DNA of 64,000 nt from Methanobacteriota archaeon (GTDB lineage: Archaea; Thermoplasmatota; E2; DHVEG-1): contig CAVYNH010000006.1 in NCBI GenBank assembly GCA_963769885.1, forward strand, positions 256,001-320,000, in the 5' to 3' direction. Positions 27,936 to 37,163 of this stretch are shown here, one piece after another. Made by a program: the position numbers and the translations under genes. The stretch's first letter is position 1. Every line of letters starts with the position of its first letter. The notes under the pieces were generated by a model that saw nothing but the letters and a program-made list of their open reading frames with translations, had not been told where the DNA came from and did no database searches.

Positions 27936-29915
27936 TTACGACTGTTTGACGCCAACGACAAAGATGGCCAATGCGAACGCCGTCGCCGTCACTGTCACCT
28001 CATTGGCCCGCACGGTGATTGTAATTGAGCCAAAACCAACGATGAAGTCCCTCGCGGTGTACCACTTACCGGCAGGGATCATCCTCGAGCCGTTTCGATA
28101 CATCCCCATAAACAACAAGTCGCCCTTCACCGAGATGTTCCACTGCGCCTCCATCGCCACCTCGCCATCGTTCACAATCGTCGCAACCACACCGAACGAC
28201 GGCCGGTTCTTAATCGTAATCGATAACGGATACCGGATCTTGAAGGACTTCGACTTCGCGGTCTCCACATTCCCCGCATAATCGACCGAGAAATAGGAGA
28301 CCGTATGGTTCCCAAACCCTGAGACGTTGAAGGGTGAATGATAGAGTTGATACGTTCCGTCATCGACCTTGACCATGGTGCAGTTCACACCGGACATATC
28401 ATCGATAGCGGTCAGAGTGACCGTGACGTTCGTCGTATACTCCCCCGTGACCAGGGTACCATTAAGCGCAATCGAGGTGACCGGCGGCGTCGTATCCACC
28501 AGTTCATAGACCACGGCAACAAACGCATCGTACCCGCCGCGGCTCGTCAAGGTGATATTACCAAAAACGGCGACCGTCGAAAAGAGTCCAGCAACGTGAA
28601 TCCAGTCATTGGCCTCGACGGCCACACCGAAGCCCATATCGAAGGCATCGCTCCCCGCTCGCGAGGCCCACCGCCAGGACCCGCCCGAACTGAGCTTCGC
28701 CACAAACACGTCGGATGAGCCAACGCTCGTCAGCAGGATGCCCCCAAAGCCTATCGTGTCTTGGAACTGCCCGCTGATGACGGCGTTCCCAGACGAGTCG
28801 ACGGCCACACTCCTAGCCTGGTCGTTCGACCCTGATCCTCCTGCACTCACCGCCCATAACCAGCTGCCATTCGCGGCGATCTTCGCGACGAAAGCATCAT
28901 CACCTCCGAGACTAGTGATGTTGGCGTTCCCAAACGACGCGGTAAGTTCGAAACTGCCGACAACGAAGGCCTGCCCGGCCGCATCAAGCGAGAACCCATA
29001 AGGAGAATCGAAGGAGGCTCCTCCTCCGCGTGAAGCCCATTGCCAGCCGCCGCTCGTATTCAAGCAGGCGACAAAAACATCATAAGTCCCGGTGAGCGTG
29101 ATATTCCCAAGCGTCATCGAGCCATCGAAACTACCGAGAACGTACACCGCAGTGGTATCAACAGCGATGTCGACGCCCTCGTCATCGGAAGTTCCATTCC
29201 CGGCCACCGCCCATTGCCATTGACCGTCGGCGCTGATTTTCGCGACGTACACCTCAGGATCAATCGAGGTAGTCAATATCGTGCCGCCGAAAATCGCACT
29301 CCCACGGAACCCTCCGGTGATGTACATATTACCTGCTCCATCGATAGCAATACTGCGTCCAGAATCCTCATTTGTGCCTCCTGCACTGATCGCCCATTGC
29401 CAGAGCCCCTGATTGGTGAGTTTAGCGATGAAGACATCATACGAACCATGGCTGATGAGTTGAAATCCTCCGAAGGTCGCAGTCCCTGCAAATGCCCCAA
29501 CGACGTAGAGGGTACCATCAGTATCAACGACGATGCCCTCGCCTGCATCCTGACCGACTCCACCTGCGCTAACCGCCCATTCCCAGAAACCGAACGCATT
29601 CATCTTCGCGATGACGACGTCCTCGGCTCCCTTGCTGGTAAGGTTGATTTTCCCAAAGGTCGCGGAGTCCTGGAACACGCCGGTGACGTAGGAGTTCCCA
29701 CTGGTATCGATTGCGATTCTGAAGAACCCCTCATCGCCTCCCCCGCCCCCTTGAGCCACCCATCGCCAGACAGCATTCGGCGGAGAATCGCTCGGGGACG
29801 GTAAGAGAAACGGATTCTCCTTCGAATTTTGATTCGAACCTGGAACACTGCCAGTCCCAGTCGTAAGCAGAATTAATGTACAGGCTACGGCAATGATCCC
29901 CCGGGTTCGGTTCAT
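27936..29915 (-). CDS. Secreted beta-propeller (SBBP-like) repeat protein with Ig-like domain and conserved CTD
   Basis: Repeats W.WA.SAGG...D...IA.D..GN.Y.TG.F; DTTPPVT...YFSVDYAGNVE; CTD GFGSITITVRA. Confidence 0.85.
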   Translation of the reverse strand: MNRTRGIIAVACTLILLTTGTGSVPGSNQNSKENPFLLPSPSDSPPNAVWRWVAQGGGGGDEGFFRIAIDTSGNSYVTGVFQDSATFGKINLTSKGAEDVVIAKMNAFGFWEWAVSAGGVGQDAGEGIVVDTDGTLYVVGAFAGTATFGGFQLISHGSYDVFIAKLTNQGLWQWAISAGGTNEDSGRSIAIDGAGNMYITGGFRGSAIFGGTILTTSIDPEVYVAKISADGQWQWAVAGNGTSDDEGVDIAVDTTAVYVLGSFDGSMTLGNITLTGTYDVFVACLNTSGGWQWASRGGGASFDSPYGFSLDAAGQAFVVGSFELTASFGNANITSLGGDDAFVAKIAANGSWLWAVSAGGSGSNDQARSVAVDSSGNAVISGQFQDTIGFGGILLTSVGSSDVFVAKLSSGGSWRWASRAGSDAFDMGFGVAVEANDWIHVAGLFSTVAVFGNITLTSRGGYDAFVAVVYELVDTTPPVTSIALNGTLVTGEYTTNVTVTLTAIDDMSGVNCTMVKVDDGTYQLYHSPFNVSGFGNHTVSYFSVDYAGNVETAKSKSFKIRYPLSITIKNRPSFGVVATIVNDGEVAMEAQWNISVKGDLLFMGMYRNGSRMIPAGKWYTARDFIVGFGSITITVRANEVTVTATAFALAIFVVGVKQS

Positions 29916-30070
29916 CGAAGTTCCCTGTTTTCAATAAAATATACTATAATATTTAAATATTGGCATATATAAACAAATCGCCCCGCATTTATACTGGTAG
30001 TCCAGGGAAGAAAGAATCATTTCATCCCTCTTCTTTCGAAGGAATGGACCTTTTTTCTATGCACGACAAC

Positions 30071-31135
30071 CTAGCATGTCGCAGCCCGGTGTGGACTAGT
30101 CTTCCATTTCAAGAGGCAGATCGTAACCGCCAGGGTGACGCCGAGCATCCCGAACAAGCTGGCGCCCTCCGCGTTCTCCACCGGAACGACGAAGAACAAC
30201 AGACGGAACCCCACATAGCCAAGAACCATGGACAAGAAGGGAAAGACCCGATACCGCGCCTTGATCTCATCAAGCGTCCGCAAGAACACCAGCAGAACAA
30301 AGGTCAGCAACAAAGCGAGGATCGCCAGCAAGGCGACCCACCCGAAAACTGTGACCACATCCAAGAACCAGGGTGCCCCGGCAAGGAATGAGGCAGCAGC
30401 GAGGATGTAGATGACCATAAAAACGTAGATCAAATACCGCGGCCGATCGAGGAACAAAACCTTGATGTTCCCTAGATTCGAAGAGAAGGTGATGTGCTCC
30501 TTGCGCCGTTCCCCCCGGTAACTCGGCCTGATGCCAAGGCCACAGAACAACAGGAGAACCAAGAACCCAATATGCAGCGGGTTGAAAAGGTCAAGATGCT
30601 CAAGGAATGCGACGAAGGATTGTGCAAAGCCAAACAGCGCCGTCCCAAACGACACCGCCTGACCCTGAATCGTAAACGCACTCGGCAGGATGGTGTACCC
30701 AGAGCGAAAAACGAAATAGCCGGCGAGCAGAAGCAGCCCCGCCGGGATCAAGAACGGGCCGAGAAAGAGGATGCTTTCAGCGATCCATTTGAGAGCGCCT
30801 GTCCTGGCGCGCTTCGGCTTGACCGCCCCCTCGTTGATGCTGAGACGGAACTCAGCCACACCGCTATTCGTAACCGTGTACCCAAGCCATTCGCAGAGCA
30901 TCTGGAACAGGATGCCGACAAAATTCGTGAACCGGATGAGCGGCTCATGCCGACGCCGCAGCGAAAACAAGAAGTGCTTCTGCGCCTCGATCACCAAAAG
31001 CTGAACGAGCCACAGCCCAAACACCGCCAGGACCAGGAAAAAGGGAACAACGATGAACGTGACGACATCAACAGCGGAAACCACGGTCGCATCCCACTCC
31101 CCGTAGCAGGCAATACCTATAAAAACCTGTTCCAC
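30071..31135 (-). CDS. Multi-pass membrane protein of unknown function
   Basis: Many hydrophobic segments; lies in a same-strand gene run. Confidence 0.7.
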   Translation of the reverse strand: MEQVFIGIACYGEWDATVVSAVDVVTFIVVPFFLVLAVFGLWLVQLLVIEAQKHFLFSLRRRHEPLIRFTNFVGILFQMLCEWLGYTVTNSGVAEFRLSINEGAVKPKRARTGALKWIAESILFLGPFLIPAGLLLLAGYFVFRSGYTILPSAFTIQGQAVSFGTALFGFAQSFVAFLEHLDLFNPLHIGFLVLLLFCGLGIRPSYRGERRKEHITFSSNLGNIKVLFLDRPRYLIYVFMVIYILAAASFLAGAPWFLDVVTVFGWVALLAILALLLTFVLLVFLRTLDEIKARYRVFPFLSMVLGYVGFRLLFFVVPVENAEGASLFGMLGVTLAVTICLLKWKTSPHRAATC

Positions 31136-31157
31136 GCCCCAGCAACGCCGACGCGCC

Positions 31158-31577
31158 TTATTTCACCCTAACGTCCAGCACCCGCCCCTCATGGTCGAAC
31201 GCCCGCCACGACGCCCGCCCCGCCGCACTCACCCCCACAATCAGATGCACCCGCCCGAAATGCCCGAACAAATCCAAATCAGCATCCGACGGGCGAGTAA
31301 TCGACGACGGATGGCTGTGTACCGTGCCGACGACACTGTAGTCGATTGGCAGCATGTACAGCTTGAAGATCGCATGCGAGTCCCCCGAGATCGTCCCCGG
31401 CAGCAGCACCACCTCGGTGATTGTCGTCTTCTCCTCTTCATCCACCCGCAACAGCGCCCCGAACTCCTTGGGATACGACGACCGTGAGCTCGCCACAATC
31501 AACTCCAGACACCGCTTCGTGATGTACCACTGCCGCGGCGCAGGCCGCTCCTTCGGCTGACAACCAAACCACCCCAC
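31158..31577 (-). CDS. JAB/MPN+ (JAMM) metalloprotease
   Basis: PKEF...GTVHSHPS...PSDADL. Confidence 0.9.
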   Translation of the reverse strand: MGWFGCQPKERPAPRQWYITKRCLELIVASSRSSYPKEFGALLRVDEEEKTTITEVVLLPGTISGDSHAIFKLYMLPIDYSVVGTVHSHPSSITRPSDADLDLFGHFGRVHLIVGVSAAGRASWRAFDHEGRVLDVRVK

Positions 31578-31582
31578 GGCAA

Positions 31583-32407
31583 TTACCTCATCAGCTTCAA
31601 ACGGACCATCTGATAAAAACTCTCCCCAAACCGGATGAACTTCGCGGTCCGCTCCGACCCCGTGATCACGATTTCGTTCCTCGACGACACCGGCTCCGTA
31701 TACCGCCCGTCAATCACCAGCATCGAATCCTTACTCTTCGGAAGCACACTAATCCGAATCGACCGATCCAGCGGGATGATCCATGGCCGAGCCGACAGCT
31801 TGAACGCGGCCAGCGGCGCCAAAATCATCGCATGCACCGCCGGATCCATGATCGGCCCACCCACCGACAGCGAATAACTCGTCGACCCCGTCGGCGTCGC
31901 CACAATCACCCCATCCGCCCCCATCGACTCCACCAGCTCACCATCAACAAAACACTTCAAATACAGTATCTTGGCGATCCGCGCCGTCTGAATCGTCACC
32001 TCATTAGCCGCATCCGGCAGCCGCTTCCCATCCAACACCACTTTGAGCTTCGCCCGCTCCTCCACATTATAATCACCCTTGATGATCCGCTGCAAGCCCT
32101 CAAACGCGTACTTCGCCTCAACCTCGGACAAGAACCCCATCCCACCAAGATTGATCGCAAAGATCGGCTTATCGACATCACTGAGGGCGCGCAGGATCGT
32201 CCCGTCGCCGCCGACCGTGACCACGATATCCGCCTTCTTATCCAACTCCTGGAACGAAAACCCGGGGACGTCGATGGCCTCGGCCAGCGTCGCCTCCGCC
32301 ATGACCTTCCCATGACCCTGCAAAAACGAGTAGATCTCCTGCGCCATGCCCGCGGCCTTCTTCGCCTGCGGCTTACAGACGATACCCCAGTTCATCTTCA
32401 ACTCCAC
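31583..32407 (-). CDS. nadK: NAD kinase
   Basis: GGDGTIL, ANE, DGVIVATPTGSTSYSLSVGGP. Confidence 0.95.
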   Translation of the reverse strand: MELKMNWGIVCKPQAKKAAGMAQEIYSFLQGHGKVMAEATLAEAIDVPGFSFQELDKKADIVVTVGGDGTILRALSDVDKPIFAINLGGMGFLSEVEAKYAFEGLQRIIKGDYNVEERAKLKVVLDGKRLPDAANEVTIQTARIAKILYLKCFVDGELVESMGADGVIVATPTGSTSYSLSVGGPIMDPAVHAMILAPLAAFKLSARPWIIPLDRSIRISVLPKSKDSMLVIDGRYTEPVSSRNEIVITGSERTAKFIRFGESFYQMVRLKLMR

Positions 32408-32411
32408 TACT

Positions 32412-33602
32412 CTATGCCCGCGCCAGCTTCATCAGCGGCGCCAGCTTCACCAACAACGACGGATGTTTCCCAACCAACGCCTTGATAATCGAAAGCGTAC
32501 TGAACTCCTCGAACCTATAATCCTTCAAGGAATCCGCCAACATATCCAGCGTCTTATCCTCCATATCAAGCAGGATCTCCTTGGCCACGTAGTTGCGCAG
32601 CAGCTTCTTCCCATACGCCTGCTGCCACCGCGACTCATACGCCATCAGGAAGTCCTTATCGAACCGTTGCGCCTCCACGGCCGCACCGATGACCTCACCG
32701 GCGATCTTCCCACCCTCGACCGCAGTCATCAATCCACCGCCAGTGATCGGGTCCACCTGCCGTGCCGCATCACCCACCAAAAGTACATTGTCCCGAAGGG
32801 ACTCGATTGGCTTCGCCACGGGGTCCGCCCCGGCCAGCAACCGTACCGGCTCACCCTTCCGCAGCTCCGGATGCCGCGCGATGAACTGATCCAACAATCG
32901 CAAGGCCATACCAGACTCACTCAGGCTGGAGAGGACCCCGATCCCGACATTTGCCACGTCTTTCCCCTTCGGAAACACCCAGACGTAGCCACCAGGAGCA
33001 ACCTTCTTCCCCAGATAGAAATCACAAAACGCATCAGGGCAGTCCACGTTCGTCAGCGTATACTGCGCGCACGTCTCCAGGTCGATGGTCTTCAGGGTCG
33101 TCTTAATCCCCGTCCATTTCCCGACCTTCGACTCAACGCCATCCGCGCCCACCACCAGGTCCGCCTCGATGTCCACAGGCTCACCCTGACACACGGCCTT
33201 GACCCCCGCCGTCTTTCCCTGTTTTTTTAAAAGGCCGACGACGTTCGTGTTCATCTGTATCTTAGCCCCAGCGCGGACCGCGCCGCGCGCGAGCTCCTGA
33301 TCGAAGATATCGCGATACAAGACATAGCCGGTCTCGCTGCCCGCGTACTCCGCGGACAACGTCACCTTCGTGCCGTTCGGTGAGAAGATGCGGGCGCCAT
33401 CCATGGTGCTGGCTACCCAGCGTCTCCCCTCGAGCACATGGAAGTTCTCGACCTTCTGGCTGATGCCCTCCCCGCAGAGCACGGGGACGCCGACCTCGGC
33501 GCGCCGCTCAAGGATGAGGACCTTGGCACCAGCCTGGGCCGCGAACCGGGCCGTGACGCTCCCCGCGGGGCCGCTACCGACGACCACTACATCGTACTTC
33601 AT
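32412..33602 (-). CDS. Digeranylgeranylglycerophospholipid reductase
   Basis: GSGPAG, PVLCGEG, PGGYVWVFPK, GDAARQVDPITGGG; coupled to an upstream ferredoxin. Confidence 0.92.
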   Translation of the reverse strand: MKYDVVVVGSGPAGSVTARFAAQAGAKVLILERRAEVGVPVLCGEGISQKVENFHVLEGRRWVASTMDGARIFSPNGTKVTLSAEYAGSETGYVLYRDIFDQELARGAVRAGAKIQMNTNVVGLLKKQGKTAGVKAVCQGEPVDIEADLVVGADGVESKVGKWTGIKTTLKTIDLETCAQYTLTNVDCPDAFCDFYLGKKVAPGGYVWVFPKGKDVANVGIGVLSSLSESGMALRLLDQFIARHPELRKGEPVRLLAGADPVAKPIESLRDNVLLVGDAARQVDPITGGGLMTAVEGGKIAGEVIGAAVEAQRFDKDFLMAYESRWQQAYGKKLLRNYVAKEILLDMEDKTLDMLADSLKDYRFEEFSTLSIIKALVGKHPSLLVKLAPLMKLARA

Positions 33603-33787
33603 CCGGATGCCTCCGTCGCCGCGCCCATCGGGCAGGTCTTCACACAGATATAGCAACTCGAACACTTCTCAGAGTCGACCGTAGCCTTCCCCGCGAACAT
33701 GGACATGGCGTCGCTTGGACAGACGGCGATGCAACCGCCGCAGGTCAGGCATTTCACGCGATTCACGGTCGCTTTAGGCTTTGCCAT
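33599..33787 (-). CDS. 2x[4Fe-4S] ferredoxin
   Basis: CLTCGGCIAVCP and CSSCYICVKTCP. Confidence 0.92.
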   Translation of the reverse strand: MAKPKATVNRVKCLTCGGCIAVCPSDAMSMFAGKATVDSEKCSSCYICVKTCPMGAATEASG

Positions 33788-34346
33788 AGGATTCACCCCG
33801 GACAATCCCCGATGCAATCAGATGGGCGAGACGGAGCGGCTCAGGGAGTACTCCCCGAATCGTGGCACGACTTATAATCCCTTGCGCCTCCTCAGGAGAA
33901 CAGCCGACGAACTTCGCATATAAGGGGTTATGCGCAGTCTTGAACTCATGCAGCGTCCCCTCTTTGTGCAGGGCGAGGCGGCGCTCCCAGTCCGGGAAAT
34001 GCTTGCGCAGTGCATGTTCGATTGCCTGAAGATCGGGTTTGTCTCTCGTTATGGTCAAGACAGGGATCTGGATCGCTTCATACAGCCGTTGGATGTCGAC
34101 GATGTTGAAACCGCCCAGGCAGATGCCGTCGAGCATCACCGCGCGCAACTGCTCCCGATGCCGGGTCGTCTGGACCATGGTGATGACGACGTCCGTGGCA
34201 TCGGTCCCATCGATGGTCACCTGGCTGCGGAGCACGGCCTCGAGGTACTCGCCGCCGCGCATGACCACGCCGACGACCATGGTGGAGGTGTCGGTGAAGG
34301 TGAACGGCGCGTCGTCGATACCCAGGATCCTGATCTGCTGTTTCAT
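33774..34346 (-). CDS. DUF99 family (endonuclease V-like) protein
   Basis: IRILGIDD, IDGTDAT, MLDGICLGGFN, LPEPLRLAHLIA. Confidence 0.88.
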   Translation of the reverse strand: MKQQIRILGIDDAPFTFTDTSTMVVGVVMRGGEYLEAVLRSQVTIDGTDATDVVITMVQTTRHREQLRAVMLDGICLGGFNIVDIQRLYEAIQIPVLTITRDKPDLQAIEHALRKHFPDWERRLALHKEGTLHEFKTAHNPLYAKFVGCSPEEAQGIISRATIRGVLPEPLRLAHLIASGIVRGESYGKA

Positions 34347-34452
34347 GCCTTGCCGGGGAACCACTCCAGAATCATAAGAATGTTTCGCATTCTCTACAAA
34401 GGGAAAAAGTTTTTTTTAAAGGGAACCTAGGGAAGTTTGATTTTTACGTCCA

Positions 34453-34476
34453 GGGGTTCAAATCCCTTCCCCTACA
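34453..34476 (+). repeat. tRNA-Leu-like 3'-end repeat, copy 1
   Basis: GGGGTTCAAATCCCTTCCCCTACA. Confidence 0.8.
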
Positions 34477-34659
34477 CATAATATTATATCAGGTGAAACA
34501 GAAGCATTGATATAGTTTCTAATACAGAATATTAATGGTTTTTTGTGGGAATATTAAAAGAACAAAAAAGAAAAAGATAAGGATTTTTTAGTTTCGTACA
34601 ATTTTAAAGAGAAAAATCTTATATAGATTTAAACAATAATAATTAATAGTGAATAGAAA

Positions 34660-34960
34660 ATGAATACAAAAAAGAGATTATTACTAATTGCAATATTACT
34701 CATTATCATCTCTTTAATAACGATGAGAATAATAATTACTGGTGAATAGAAACTGTATACAAAAAGGATTTTTTAATAATTGGAATAATACTCATTATCA
34801 TTTCTGCAATATCTTGCGTTTTTTGGATACCGCATTAGAGAGCAACAACTAATAATATTTTTGAGAGTGACATAACATATATTATTGGTACTTTAGGTGT
34901 AATTTTTTTACAGTAAGCCTTACTTTAAAGATGTTTATAAAGTACAAAGAAACCAACGGG
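34660..34960 (+). pseudogene. Degraded small membrane-protein gene (cassette 1)
   Basis: MNTKKRLLLIAILLIIIS...* followed by a near-duplicate hydrophobic segment with stops and frameshifts. Confidence 0.4.
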
Positions 34961-35000
34961 AGTAATTATTATCCTTCTGTTAGAATTTAACCGGTAATCT

Positions 35001-35024
35001 GGGGTTCAAATCCCTTCCCCTGCA
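35001..35024 (+). repeat. tRNA-Leu-like 3'-end repeat, copy 2
   Basis: GGGGTTCAAATCCCTTCCCCTGCA. Confidence 0.85.
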
Positions 35025-35099
35025 TAATTTTTATTTAAATTGATGAAAAATATAATTATATACTTTAAATTTCATTCTAATATGAAACATGGGGAAGTA

Positions 35100-36290
35100 A
35101 TGAATAAGAAATTATCTCAAATAATAGCACTTTTTCTCTGTAGTATTTTATTTGTTGTAACGTTTTCTGGTTGTATTGAAAAGAAGCAAAAACCAGAGGA
35201 ATATAAAGAAACATTACTACCAGAAGTTAAATTGGACCAACCTTCAATCTTACCAGATTGGAAGGATGGAGAATACCATGATTACTATGGCACAATGGAA
35301 ATGCTGAATGATTTTAATGGTAAATATCCTGATTTAGTAAATGTATTTTCTATTGGAAAAAGTGTTCTTGGAAAGGATATTTGGTGTATCAGGATAACCA
35401 ATGAGAAGAACAATACGATAAAGTCATCTTGTCTTATTGATGGTTGTATCCACGGACAGGAATGGGAAGGAGGCGAGGCGTGTTTGTATCTTGCTGAGTA
35501 TCTTCTTATTAACTTTGATGCCAATGAAACAATTACTCATATTCTCAATTCATCTGAAGTATATCTGATTCCTTTAGTAAATCCTGATGGCAGACAAGAT
35601 GATAACCTATATAATGACAATGGTATAAATTTGAATCGTAATTTTGATATTGATTTCGGTAGAATAAGAGGAGGTGTTATACCTTTAGGGAAGTTATTTG
35701 GTCGTATAAAAATCCCTCGTATCCCTATTAAAATTTCTCGAGAGTTTACACTCTTACATAAATTGTTTCCAAGTTTTCCATTATGGCTTACAAATTGTGG
35801 TCGCCATCCTTTTTCAGAACCTGAAACTCAAGCAATGAGAGATTTTATGAGAGAACTTGAGAATAATGATTTTTCTTTTTATGTAAATTGTCATACAGCC
35901 TGGCACAGTTTTGGGGGTCCTTGGGATGCTTTTAAACCTCCTTTTGAGAAATCAAAACAGGAACAATATATCTTTGATTATGTAACAGAATGGGTTGTTA
36001 AGAATACAGAATATGAAAAGTATAAAAATTTGTTGTCTTACTTAAGTGGTGAATCATCTGATTGGTGTTTCAAAGAATTTCGCATTCCATCATTTGGGTT
36101 TGAAATTCTATCACAGGATTATGACTGCTATACAGGTGGAGGGAAACATGACCATCTTGTTCATTGGATGGAAACTACCCTTCCGGTTTTCATGTATCTC
36201 CTTGTGAACATTGATAATCTGCGTGAATGGAGAACACCTGATATTCAACCATCTTTGCCTGAAGGTGTGCCACCAGAGCCTCTAAAGTAA
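35100..36290 (+). CDS. M14 zinc carboxypeptidase, lipoprotein-like (cassette 2)
   Basis: FSGC lipobox, IHGQE (HxxE), NPDG, NLNRNF, FSEPET, NCHT. Confidence 0.9.
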   Translation: MNKKLSQIIALFLCSILFVVTFSGCIEKKQKPEEYKETLLPEVKLDQPSILPDWKDGEYHDYYGTMEMLNDFNGKYPDLVNVFSIGKSVLGKDIWCIRITNEKNNTIKSSCLIDGCIHGQEWEGGEACLYLAEYLLINFDANETITHILNSSEVYLIPLVNPDGRQDDNLYNDNGINLNRNFDIDFGRIRGGVIPLGKLFGRIKIPRIPIKISREFTLLHKLFPSFPLWLTNCGRHPFSEPETQAMRDFMRELENNDFSFYVNCHTAWHSFGGPWDAFKPPFEKSKQEQYIFDYVTEWVVKNTEYEKYKNLLSYLSGESSDWCFKEFRIPSFGFEILSQDYDCYTGGGKHDHLVHWMETTLPVFMYLLVNIDNLREWRTPDIQPSLPEGVPPEPLK

Positions 36291-36345
36291 TCTTTTTTAT
36301 AAATTTATGTCAACAGGAGAAATCTATTAATTTTACAGGTATTTT

Positions 36346-36369
36346 GGTGTTCAAATCCCTTCCCCTGCA
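36346..36369 (+). repeat. tRNA-Leu-like 3'-end repeat, copy 3
   Basis: GGTGTTCAAATCCCTTCCCCTGCA. Confidence 0.85.
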
Positions 36370-36566
36370 CTTTTTTGTTAAAGTTTTCGCATAGTCAATA
36401 ATACATAGTTGTATAGGTTTTTAAAGGGTTTTTTAAAAAAAGAATCACCAGAGTAAAAACTTGTAAATTATATAATCCACAATAAACCATGGTTTATTTT
36501 TTTTAAAAAAGGCAATCGTCCGAAATAAAGAAATGATATTAAAAAAATCAAGAAAGAAAACAGAGA

Positions 36567-37163
36567 CTACTTCTTCTTCAGGACGGCCTGCCGACCCGCC
36601 TCGAATGCCCTTTTGTTGAATTCCTGATACTTCGTCGGTACATCATCAAGGATCGCCTGCAACAGGACCTCAGGGCTGAATGGCAGCACATCCACCGCGG
36701 ACAATGCCCCCAGGAGAACGATGTTTTTGGTGATGACCGCACCCGCCTGCCTGGCTAGCGCGATGGCATCCACAGGATAGACCTTCGCGAACGACGCGAG
36801 CTCCTTGAGAATGACCTCGAGCTTCGGATACGGCACGCCGCCGGTCGCGACCGTGAACGGGATCGTCGGGTTCGTATCGGTCACCAGCTTCGTCTTCGCA
36901 TGGACATATATCACGTTCCGGAGAGCCTCGACCGGCTCCGTACTCACGAGCGCATCCGCGGTGCCCATGGGGAGCATCGGGCTTTCGACCGCGCCCATGC
37001 GCACTGTGCAGACGACATCGCCACCGCGCTGCGCCATCCCATGGATTTCGGAGACATAAACAGGGACACCGGCCTTGACGGCCGCGTCGCCGAGCATCTT
37101 CGCTGCGGTGATTACGCCTTGGCCGCCGACGCCGGTGAGCACGATGCTGATCTTTCCCTTCAT
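36567..37163 (-). CDS. iorB: Indolepyruvate:ferredoxin oxidoreductase beta subunit
   Basis: GVGGQGVI, SEIHGMAQRGG, NIVLLGAL, NKRAFEAG. Confidence 0.93.
   Translation of the reverse strand: MKGKISIVLTGVGGQGVITAAKMLGDAAVKAGVPVYVSEIHGMAQRGGDVVCTVRMGAVESPMLPMGTADALVSTEPVEALRNVIYVHAKTKLVTDTNPTIPFTVATGGVPYPKLEVILKELASFAKVYPVDAIALARQAGAVITKNIVLLGALSAVDVLPFSPEVLLQAILDDVPTKYQEFNKRAFEAGRQAVLKKK

Noticed and set aside
34453-36369. Three 24-bp direct repeats as a CRISPR array or as functional tRNA genes
   Set aside because: The intervals are 524 and 1321 bp and contain genes, there are no cas genes, and no D-arm or anticodon arm precedes any copy.
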